NCBI RefSeq assembly: GCF_006345805.1
Contig: NC_043002.1
Coordinates: forward strand, 90,644,001-90,708,000
DNA from: Octopus sinensis
Taxonomy: Eukaryota
Direction of reading: 5' to 3'
DNA length: 64,000 nt
Of this stretch, positions 53,099-64,000 are shown in pieces. Both the position numbers and the translations under genes were made by a program. The notes under the pieces were generated by a model. It made no database searches and was not told the DNA's origin. It saw only the letters and a program-made list of their open reading frames with translations. The first letter of the stretch is position 1. Each line of letters starts with the position of its first letter.

Positions 53099-55289
53099 GA
53101 ACATGACCAATATATATTTTAAAATGCTGGTCAGAGCATAAAGGTTTCAGTTAAACATTTAACCCTCTAGCATTTAAACCGGCCAAATCCAATCAAAATA
53201 TTCTACCTGTTTCATGTTCAAATTGACCAGACCTAACTTCTCGCACCTACCCTACATTGTCATTCTAAAAATAAGCAATCATCACCTATGAACTCTCAAA
53301 GCTATGAAATAATGCATGATTACTTCAAAACAATGTGAATAAATGAGCACTAGATTTGACAGAGAAATATGAATGTTAAAGGGTAAAAACTTTTGACTCC
53401 ATCTCTGCAGTGAATGCTAATATGGACAGATAGTCTTTAGCTTTAAAAATAAAGCAGAACCAATTTTATAAGTGTTAAATATATCTTCTTAATGAAGAAA
53501 AAAAATACAAGCAAACACAACTGATCTGTCAAATCAGTGATGCTTTTGAAATATTTTTATACCTCCTTTCTGTAATAAAAATTAAGATGGTAGGCCTAAA
53601 AATGTTTTCATTTCTGTAAGTCAGTAAACAAATTTTGGTTGCTTTTCATAATGGTTTTTATGAACAACTCTCTATGCAATTAAAGTATTGCACTCTTTTA
53701 GTTTATTTTTCCTTTTTGTTCCAATTTATTAAAAAAAAAAAATTTTTTTTTTTCAGAAATAAATTCTAATTACTTAGAAGCATTGTAAAAGCAGCCTGCT
53801 GTCAGTTGTAATATCTTTTCCAAAGCTACCTGCCATGTCATTGAATTCGATATACTTTTATTACCATATCCTCTCAGCTGATCATTTACAGCTTATCATA
53901 AAGAGGCACTATTAGACATCAGTATACATTTATTGTATTTTTCCTTTCTGCAAGCCCAAGATGTATCCATAAAACATGATTCATGTAAAAAGTTCACATA
54001 GATCATTTATGATTGGATATCAAGTTAAAAATAGATATCTTTTCTAATTTTCTGGTCTAAAGAGGTAATTTTCAGTTGGCAATTTGTTTAAGTAATGTCA
54101 TTCAGATTCAATCTTGTGGTGTCAGAATCTCTTTGCCATCTGTCTATGTATATATCTAATGTGGTAAAATGGGCTTTACCCACTCACATGCTCTTTTCCT
54201 ATCTGTCTTCCTTGTTTTCTCTCCCCACAACTTAGCCTTTGAATTCAATTCAGTTCTCTGTTAAGTGCACAGAATAGATATAGTGTTCCATTTCCTCTTT
54301 AACTACAAGGAATTGATGGGAATAAATACGGCAATTGGTTAACTGGTCTATTCAGAAGGCTGTGTATTTTTCCTTCTTTGAAGTCATAACAGCAACATGT
54401 ATGTTTAAATTAAACCAAACCAACACTGCTCTGTCACTTGGAATCAAATCCTATAACTATGGAATTAGTTTATACAATGTTATCTGGGAAAACCTAGCAG
54501 AACTGCATCTTTTAAGGCATCAGTGTAAATTCTTAAAATAACTCTTTCTCCTCCCTTCTTTTTCTTGCTTTTCTAGTTTAATGAATTCCTTCTCTGAAAG
54601 CAGATGGAATACATTAAGAATCAGAGAATTGACTTGATAGTCTCTAAACTCAGGCTAGAGTTCTGCAGATTAGTTCTTTGTATCAAAAGGATCTTTTAGA
54701 AATGCATCATGTTCTTCTTCTCTCTGTCATTTACCAGCAAATTCAGTGAAAAGTAATTGCGGAACTATATTAGAATAGAATCTAGATTGACAAGTAAATG
54801 TTCTGGAAGTCTTTGCATAGACAGATTCATAAAAAGCAGGTTTTTATTAAAAAAATCCCCATTCTGGACTTCTTTTTGGATCAATTCTCTGATAAAAACA
54901 TTACAAAAATACATAAAATAAAACTCCTTTTCCTCTAAAGATGTTTTCTCCTTAACGATAAGATGTAGTCTCTTGTCCTTACAATCTGAGTTCAAATTCT
55001 ACCGCAGTTGACTTCACTTTTTTCCTTCCAGATTGTTTGTCGTTGTCTAGACACAGCTATCAGCTTTGGTCATGCAAACATGTGACCAAACTCCTCCTGG
55101 ACATGATGACCATCAGGTTTTTTTTTCTCTGACATAATTTACCTCAGAATATATTATTCAGTATATTCTTTCTTATATACAACTGTAAGGTAATTTGAGA
55201 GATTTGACTACTGTTTCTAGTAAGTCAACCACTGATGTAATGGCTCTTTCACTGGATTGTCTTTCCAGTATTAATATTCCAAGGTAGAT

Positions 55290-55370
<81 letters not shown>

Positions 55371-55470
55371 ATGCACATGCATGTACAATACATAACAACT
55401 ATACATATGTTTATATATGTGTGTGTGTAAATATATATATATGTATGTATTTATATATATATGTATATGC

Positions 55471-55501
<31 letters not shown>

Positions 55502-55820
55502 TGTATATGCAATAGTGCATTTAAGCACTATTGAATTTTAATCATTTAAACAAGACGATCGACAGTTTTTATATTATTGTTTGTCATGAAAATTTAAACT
55601 TGTCAACATTGAAACTTTTAAACATGTTTCTCTAATTCATAATTCTAAATTTTTACCATTGATAAACAAAAAGTATTGTTGAAACTAGTTTAGTATATAT
55701 GTTAATAAATCTATCTAAAAACATTTACAAGTATTTCAAATTTAGGTGCATTTTCAACAACGAATTTGGCTATACATACATACATACATACATACATACA
55801 TACATACATACATACATACA

Positions 55821-55882
<62 letters not shown>

Positions 55883-56663
55883 GCATGTATATGTACATGT
55901 GAAAGGGGATGGCTCAATGGTTAGCATGTCAGGCTTATGATCATGAGGTTGTGAGTTCGATTCCTGGACTGGGCTGTGTGTTGTGTTTTTGAGCAAGACA
56001 CTTTATTTCACATTGCTGCAGTTCATTCAGCTGTAGAAATGAGTTGTGATATCACTAGTGTCAATCTGTCTCAGCTTTTGCCTTTCCCTTAGATAACATC
56101 AGTGGCATTGAGAGGGAAGTCTGGTATGCATGGATGACTGTTGGCATTCCACAAACAACCTTGACTGGACTTGTGCCTGGGAGGTTATCTTTCTAGGTGC
56201 AATCCCATGGTCACTCATAACCAAGGGGAAGGGTCTTTATATGTGTATACACACATATTATTTTTTCACTTGTTACAATTATTGGGCTGCTGTTATGCTG
56301 GGGGTACTACCCCAAGGGGTTAACTAACTCAGATTGATCTCATTATTAATTTTTTTTTCAAAGTGTTGTATTGGTTCTCTTGGTCTTGTTTTTGCTGTAC
56401 TGTTAAGTTATCAGGATGTAAACAAACCAACATTAGTTGTCAAGCTGTGAGAGACAGGCACTGATGTGCATACACATGCACATACTTACACACATGCAAC
56501 AGGCCTCCACAGTTTTTGTCTACCAAATTCACTTGCAAACCATTGGTCAGCCTGGAGCTGTAGTAAGAAACACTTGCCCAATGTGTTGCATGGTAAGACA
56601 GAACTTGAAACCATGTAGTTGCAAAGTGAACTCTTAAACCGTACAGACAGACACCTGGACACA

Positions 56664-56703
<40 letters not shown>

Positions 56704-56929
56704 GAGCTTCTTTCTGTTTCTGTCTGCCAAATCCACTCACAAAACCTTTAGTTGACCCAAGGCTATATAGTAGAAGACACTTACCCAAGGTGTGTCACAT
56801 ATTGGGACTGAACCCTGAATCATGTGGTTGGAAAGCAAGCTTCTTACCACGCGGCCACTCTTGTGCAAATTTAGACAAACAAAGATGAAGAAAGCTATGT
56901 TAAATATAATACAAGGTAAACATGCTTTA

Positions 56930-57294
56930 GAGATGTATTTACAAAGTTATCAGCTTGCTGGGCCATTCTTATAGAAGTTACAGAATGAGTTGCAGTTCAA
57001 TTTATTACAAAGACAATGAGCTTAGACGAAATGCAGTTTGGTTTTGTAACAGGAAATAGCTCTGATACTCTCTCCCAGATGAAGCAACTGTATGAGAAGT
57101 ATTTAGCAAGATGTTAGCTACTCTGATTATTATTCAGTGACCTGAAGAAAGCCTTGCAAGTGTCCCTTATTCTCAGAAGCCATATCAGTAAACTGAAGGT
57201 TAGCAATGCACGCAGTGACAAATTCAGTATGTGTGTATGGGTACATCCGAACTTGTTTCTCAGTTCATGCCTACTCACTATTGCCCTCCTGTCT

Positions 57295-57333
<39 letters not shown>

Positions 57334-58420
57334 GTTTAACGTCCGCTTTCCATGCTAGCATGGGTTGGACGGTACTACCCCAAGGGGTTAACTAACTCAG
57401 ATTGATCTCATTATTAATTTTTTTTTCAAAGTGTTGTATTGGTTCTCTTGTTTTTGCTGTACTGTTAAGTTATCAGGATGTAAACAAACCAACATTATTA
57501 AAACCAATTTTTCATGGGAACTGTTATATGATGATGACCATGTAGTCAAATTTGTAGCAGAACTAGAAAAGACATTCCAGGCATAGAACCAGAATCTGAA
57601 ATCAAAAAGACCTCAAAGTTAACTTAGCAAAGACCAAAGATATAGCAAATAGGAAAACAGACAGGACACTACTTCCATCAAAGAAATGACCTTGCTTAAT
57701 ATGTAGAAAAGGAATGTGTAAATTTCGTACTGTGTGCTCAGTGCAAAAAATGGGTGCACAAAAGGTGCAGTGGTATCACAGGCAAGGTAACAGGGAAAGT
57801 AGACATCATATGTGGCAGATGCATAGCAGCTATAAACACTAAAAGTATGTGGGGAATAGATATTCTTGAATGCTCAAGCAGGTCCCTTGATGTTTTAGAT
57901 AGTTATACTACCTAGTTGATCTAATTAGCTGTGGAAGATGATGTTCTGAAAGTATAATAGCCAGAGTAAGAATAGGCTGGAGAATGTAGAGAGAGCTATT
58001 ATTTCTGCTGATTATTTCTTTTGAGTTATTATTTCTGTCAGATTGAAAGGCAAACTGTATGATGTTAGTATATGAATTGCTTAGCAAGGCGGCGAGCTGG
58101 CAGAATCGTTAGCACGCCTTACGAAATGCTTAATGGTATTTCGTTTGCTGCTATGTTCTGAGTTCAAATTCTGCTGAGGTCGACTTTGCCTTTATCCTTT
58201 CAGGGTCAATAAATTAAGTAACAGTTGTGTACTGGGGTCAATGTAAATTGACTTGCCCCTTTCCCCAAAATTTCAGGCCTTGTGCCTATAGTAGAAAAAA
58301 AAATGAATTGCATAGCTATATTGCTAGTGAAATGTGGACCTGAATGCTGAGGGGATGCATTGACTGGAAAGAAATGAAAATAGCATGCTGTGCTAGATGT
58401 GCAATGTCAGTGTGCATAAG
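56930..58420 (+). mobile_element. Old decayed RTE LINE (RT domain + Cys/His finger), interrupted by younger insertions
   Basis: Remnants MQFGFV, DLKKA, WELLYDDD and C..C..WVHKRCSG; SINE-B (tail 2) at ~58086-58302. Confidence 0.7.
57296..57372 (-). mobile_element. Very short 5'-truncated young RTE tail
   Basis: (CAT)n CGTTTAACGTCCGCTTTCCATGCTAGCATGGGTTGGACGG on the + strand. Confidence 0.85.
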
Positions 58421-58728
58421 GAGGCAGTAGCAGTGGTGGCTGCTGTTTTCACATATTTGTGTATTTGTGTATTTGGTTGAGAAAGTGAGTACATGCACTT
58501 TGTGTGTGTATCTGCATACATACATGTATATACTTATGTATCTGCTTATATGTAATTATCTGTTCATCTGTACCATTCTATTATCTCACTGTATATATAT
58601 TTATATATACATATGTATACGTGCATGTATGTGTGTATAGGTATATATTTATCTATCTGCCTATCTCTAATCAGTTATGTATCTTTATCACCCTGTCTCT
58701 CTTTACTTATATTTATGTGTGTGCATGT

Positions 58729-58762
<34 letters not shown>

Positions 58763-58844
58763 TGTGTGTGTATTTATCTGTCTATATCCAATTATCTATG
58801 TATCTATATTATTCTGTCCCTGTACATATATTTTTGTATAGGTA

Positions 58845-58884
<40 letters not shown>

Positions 58885-60542
58885 TGTGTGTACCATAACA
58901 ATATTCTGTACCATGCTAGAATGGCAAAATATTGCAATCTCGTCAGTCTATATATAGAACAGAAATGTAGACAATTTAGCTCCAGGGTGAGACTGAACAT
59001 ATTTTTTTTGTCTTTAAGATTTGTTAACATTGGTTTAATCAATTGATATCCAGTAAATAAATAAATAAATAAATAAATAAACAGAACATATATTTTGTAC
59101 TGCCTGATACAATTTAGTTCTTTATTTATTCATTCTTATTTATTTGTTATTATTATCGTTATTTCATTTTTTTTTTTTTGTGTTTTTCTCTGCACTAAAG
59201 ATTCTTCAGTTGCAGTAATATTAACCACCTTCACCCCTACCTCATACAGAACTATTACAAAAACATCACTTTATGATACAAAAATACCCACTTTTTCCAT
59301 TGATATAATGAAAAATCCACAAATCTCCTTCATATCATTTCCTCCCTATTTGCATGGTAGTTCAGAAAATAATCTTTTTTTTCCTTACTCAGACAGTGCT
59401 TAAATCACTTAAATAAAAGAACAACAGTGAGATTGTCAAATGTTTAAATGTCTACTAGAGAACATCAATTTCCAATATTTTTCATACTCACATCTATTAT
59501 GACGCTGCAATTCCTATAATTATTCCATAATTGGCCTGCATATCCTATGCTTATTCTATAATTAGTCTGCAACTCTTATATTTATTCCATAATTTGTCTA
59601 CATAAAGAATATTTATCTTTCCCATGTTAACTTCTGATTCCACTTTCATTGTTCACCTGACACTCCAGCCATGATATTTCAACTTTTTTATGCCTAATGT
59701 ATCTAGGACTGAATTATTCATTGTGTTTTAATATTCCATACGATGGCAGGTGTGATAATATCAATAAGTATTGGTCCAAGAATTCTCTATGTGGTTGTTG
59801 GGCTTACTAGAAGCTGCAGTTGAGTCACCCTGAAATCACACTGTAGTTTTGAGCGACGAAAGGCTACATTAAATAAGGTAGTCCTATATATATCAATAAT
59901 GAAGACGCATGGTTCAGTGGTTAGAGTGTCGGGTTCACTATCATGAGAGAGTGAGTTTGATTTCTGGACATGGCTGTGTGTTGTGTTCTTGAGCAAGAAC
60001 TTTATTTCACATTGCTGCAGTTCACTCAGCTGTAGAAATGAGTTGCAACGTCACAGGTGTCAAGCTGTATCAGCCTTTGTCTTTCCCTTAGATAACATTG
60101 TTTGCATGGAGTGGGGGAAGCTGGTATGCATGGGCGACTGCTGGTCTTCCATAAACAACCTTGCCCGGACTTGTGCCTCAGAGGGGAAATTTCTCGGTGC
60201 AATCCCATGGTCATTCATGACCGAGAGGGTTTTTTATACATCAATAAAAGGATGCTATGGTTATAGTGGGAATACCTTTAGAATGTTGGTCTGCTCAATC
60301 AGTACTGACCTGGGGCTAAACAACAACAACAACAACACCACCACTACCAGCAAAGAAGATATAGCAGAAACAGCTGTAAGCTAATGCAAGTTCATCAGAT
60401 AATCATTTATTCCTTTGTCATCTCATTTTATTATTACCATTCTGTACTTGACTAATGCTTCATTCTGAAGCATATGTGTATTGAGTTATACATCTGGTTA
60501 TTAGTCTTGCAATGCCTAAGTAACATATTAAAATGAAAGATA

Positions 60543-60594
<52 letters not shown>

Positions 60595-60767
60595 ATATAT
60601 AAATATATAGGTGAAGGGATTACTGACTATTAGATCAATATGCCCTGGTGTTACAGACCAACAACAACAGGGCACATTTATGCATTTACTTGACTTGCTA
60701 GATGTGGGAGCCAAGTTCCCCACAAGTCTTAGGAAAGAAAGATACATTAGACAGTATGGTACAAAGT

Positions 60768-62097
60768 GGTGTAGGCCCTATGCCAACACATTTCTACTAC
60801 CAGGAAGATGTGGTCCATTTTAGCCTGGCTTCTGTCCTTTGACCTGTCCAGCATACGAAGCCCTATCAAGTGCTTGCACTCTGCTGGCATAGATCTCAGG
60901 ATCATTAAGGTACACAAGTCATCACACATCCCATAGGAAAACTATGGGATATTCACATTGAGAATGCTTTTAACCATAGGCCTGATTGATGAGGATTGGC
61001 ATGATGCTTTACACCAACAAAAACCATTATTGGCTAATGACTCTACTTCATTGGAGTAATTCCAGCCAGAACATAGATAATTTTTGTGAAAACCATCAAG
61101 TTTTTTATGAATTTCCTTTGTCAAGTATCTTTCAATAAGATATCTGCCTCTACTTACTTAGTTGGTGCACTACATGCATGGTAGATCAGCAGTCATGAGA
61201 AAACAGATCTTCCTGCATATCTCATGTTATTGTTGTTTAACTCTAAGTTAGCTTTGGTCAAACAGAGCTATGATTAAAGAAAATCCAGCTGTGACCATTC
61301 CATCTTTTTTTGTTTTTTTTATAATAGGTAGTTCATCATCATCATTATCATTATCATTTAACGTCCATTGTCCATGCTGGCATGGGTTGGTAAGCTGAGG
61401 GCTGCACCATGCTCCTGTCTGATTTGACATGGTTTCTATGGCTGGATGCCCTTTTTTTATTCATTAAATTGGCCATAAAGGCCTTATAAAGAAAGGAAGC
61501 TGTGGGCTGGACAAGGACATAATGAGATGAAATGATAGACGATATGATAATAATGAGGGCAATGCCGATTGCTGGATTCCTATCTTAACACTAATAACTC
61601 CATGGAGTGTAATAGGTGCTTTTACATGCCACTGGCATGGGTACCAGTTGCTCGACACCAGTATTTGTCACAACTATGATTTCACTTTGTTTGATGGGTC
61701 TTCTTCTGAAGCACAGCATATTGCCAAAGGTCTCAGTCATCTGTCATTGCCTCCATGAAGTAGTTATTTGAGAGGCATTGGCTGTTGTTACTAGCAAGTC
61801 AAGCTACCATCTGCACGAACGACCTTAAGCCTTTTGCTCCCTAAATGCCATTGATGACTTTTCTTCCTCATCCAGGTTTTGTTGGTTTTGAATGGTCAGC
61901 AGTGCTTCTATAACTTTGTTTCTTTCTAGATATAGGTGTAGGCCCTATGCAAACACATTTCTACTGCCAGGAAGATGTGGTCCATTTTAGCCTGGCTTCT
62001 GTCCTTTGACCTGTCCAGCATACAAAGCCCTATCAAGTGCTTGCACTCTGCTGGCATAGATCTCAGGATCATTAAGGTACACAAGTCATCACACATC
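60768..62097. repeat. 163-bp direct duplication (60768-60930 and 61935-62097)
   Basis: Three mismatches counted by eye; offset 1167 bp. Confidence 0.9.
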
Positions 62098-62146
62098 AAC
62101 ATGGGCCTAATTAGCTTGAATAGTTAACTGCATTGTAGCGTTTAGG

Positions 62147-62458
62147 TTTAAACATTATTGAACACACATACTCAGTGTATGTGCTTCTCTCATTCGATGG
62201 TAGGCTGTGTTTTTGCATGGTGGAAATAACTCCATCAAAGCACCGGGCATTAAAACAACTGAAAGTCATAGACAAGTGAGGCAACTCGCTCTAAATCCTA
62301 TCCAGTATTTCGGGTGATTTGGGGTGAGTTGTCTCACCTGTTAATGACTATGACTTTCAGGTGTTTTAACACCCGGCACTTTGAAAGAGTCATCTCCAAC
62401 CGGGTAAATTGCAGACTACTGGCAAACAAGTTAAGAACATGTGTATTCAATGTTTACA
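62147..62458. repeat. Long imperfect inverted repeat (foldback/MITE-like)
   Basis: Arms 62219-62297 and 62316-62401 pair with an 18-nt loop; weaker outer arms ~62147-62173 / ~62436-62458. Confidence 0.8.
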
Positions 62459-62762
62459 ACACTCATGCTACTTATAATTCATATGTTCTTTTAGATTCCA
62501 ATTTTGTTAAGAAAATTTTAGATCTTCACAGACTGACATAAATGTCTAGCCACCTTTTGAAATATTTTGGAAAATGACCAATTCCATGTCAATAGACATG
62601 GTAAAAGATGTATATTCGTTTCAGATTGTCACAATTAAAACATGAAATTGTTTATTACAAGATTTACAGCAAATAAGTTTTGTCCTGTTACATTAAGCCA
62701 TTACTTTCTCTGCTTTCTTTCTTTATAGAATTCTTCATTCGTTTTTTTCTCTTTATTTACAG

Positions 62763-62900
62763 TTAAATCTAATGGAACAACGTTTGGCAGCCATCAATTG
62801 GCAGCCACAGGATTTAAATAACAGAGTTCTAGAACTGGAAAATGTTTTGGAGAGAAAAGAGAAACATATTGATAGTCTGGAGAAGCAATTATCAGAACAG
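62763..62900 (+). CDS. Internal coding exon (phase 0-0, 46 codons), coiled-coil; probable PLEKHH1/PLEKHH2 (MAX-1) homolog
   Basis: Polypyrimidine tract + TTACAG acceptor, CAG|GTAAGA donor, and open frame LNLMEQRLAAINWQPQDLNNRVLELENVLERKEKHIDSLEKQLSEQ. From memory this resembles the PLEKHH2 segment [35 protein letters not shown]. Exon call ~0.85, family call ~0.6. Confidence 0.75.
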
Positions 62901-63264
62901 GTAAGAGTTGATTACTTGAAGAATGGCATTTCTAGAGCGTAAGGTAGTGAGTTCAATTCCTGGACCAGGCTGTATGTTGTGTTCTTGAGCAAGACACTTT
63001 ACTTTACATTGTTCCAGTTCACTCAGCTGTAGAAATGAATTGTGACATCACTGGTGCCAAGCTGTATTGTCCTTTGTCTTTCCCTTGGATAACATTGGTG
63101 GTATAGAAAGGGGAGGGTGGTGTGCTTGGGCAACTGCTGATCTTCCATAAACAATCTTGCCCAGACTTGTACCTTGGAGGGGAACTTTTTAGATGCAATC
63201 CCATGGTCATTCTTGACCGAAGGGGGTCCTTTAAGATATGTGTAGGTACATGTAAATATATTCT

Positions 63265-63894
63265 TTTCTACTCCCGACACAAGGCCCAAAATCTTTGGGG
63301 AGTGGGCCAGTCGATTAGATCGACCCCAGTATGCAACTGTTACTTAATTTTTTGACCCTGAAAGGATGAAAGGCAAAGTCAACCTTGGCAGAATTTGAAC
63401 TCAGAATGTAAAGACAGATGAAATACCGCTAGTTTTTTTGTCTCTCTCTTTTACTCTTTTACTTGTTTCAGTCATTTGACTGCGGCCATGCTGGAGCACT
63501 GCTTTTAGTCGAGCAAATCGACCCCGGGACTTATTCTTTATAAGCCCAGTACTTATTCTATCAGTCTCTTTTGCCGAACCGCTAAGTGATGGGGATGTAA
63601 ACACACCAGCATCAGTTGTTTGCAATGCTAGGGGGACAAACACAGACACACAAACATATACACACACACACTTATATATATATATACATATATACGACAG
63701 GCTTCTTTCAGTTTCCATCTACCAAATCCACTCACAAGGCATTGGTTGGCCCGGGGCTATAGCAGAAGACACTTGCCCAAGATGCCACGCAGTGGGACTG
63801 AACCCGGAACCATGTGGTTGGTTAGCAAGCTACTTACCACACAGCCACTCCTGCACCTGTCTGGTGCACTAACGTTTCTGCCATCTCGCCGCCT
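63265..63894 (-). mobile_element. SINE-B (tail 2) with a full SINE-A (~63438-63858) nested in its head
   Basis: TSD tacatgtaaat(a/g)tattct at 63247-63264 and 63895-63912; the B head resumes after the A copy. Confidence 0.88.
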
Positions 63895-64000
63895 TACATG
63901 TAAATGTATTCTGGCTGAGAAGCGTGATGCATATGTGTAGATATGTGTGTTATCATCATCATCTTTATTTTCATGCCCATATTTTTGAAGCTGGCATGGG

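Noticed and set aside
58915-58960. Second hammerhead candidate (CTGACGA on the minus strand)
   Set aside because: No GAAA box or stem I partner found; the same applies to the CTGACGA at ~21960.

Overview
Eukaryotic, AT-rich, microsatellite-dense DNA. The SINE/LINE repertoire and simple repeats point to an octopus-like cephalopod genome (inference from recalled repeat sequences, not a database hit). Most ORFs in the track are microsatellite or SINE artefacts. I can support one host coding exon (62763-62900, +, coiled-coil, resembling the PLEKHH1/2/MAX-1 N-terminus), so most of the window is probably intronic. The rest is layered mobile DNA: a CR1-type LINE with a CCCH-finger ORF1, many RTE fragments, four tRNA-headed SINE groups (my labels A-D) that swap modules, hAT/piggyBac/mariner/pogo elements and a non-autonomous Helitron. 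Best leads: (1) a minimal type I hammerhead ribozyme followed by a small GT-AG intron in a ~270-bp microsatellite-embedded element (23403-23669); (2) a TSD-flanked chimera of a 3'-unprocessed tRNA-Gly(TCC) fused to a SINE (44356-44673); (3) a hierarchical tandem array of an RTE 3' UTR (27471-29560); (4) an RTE insertion joined to a copy of nearby DNA (57296-57497). Coordinates were counted by eye, and boundaries of decayed repeats are approximate.
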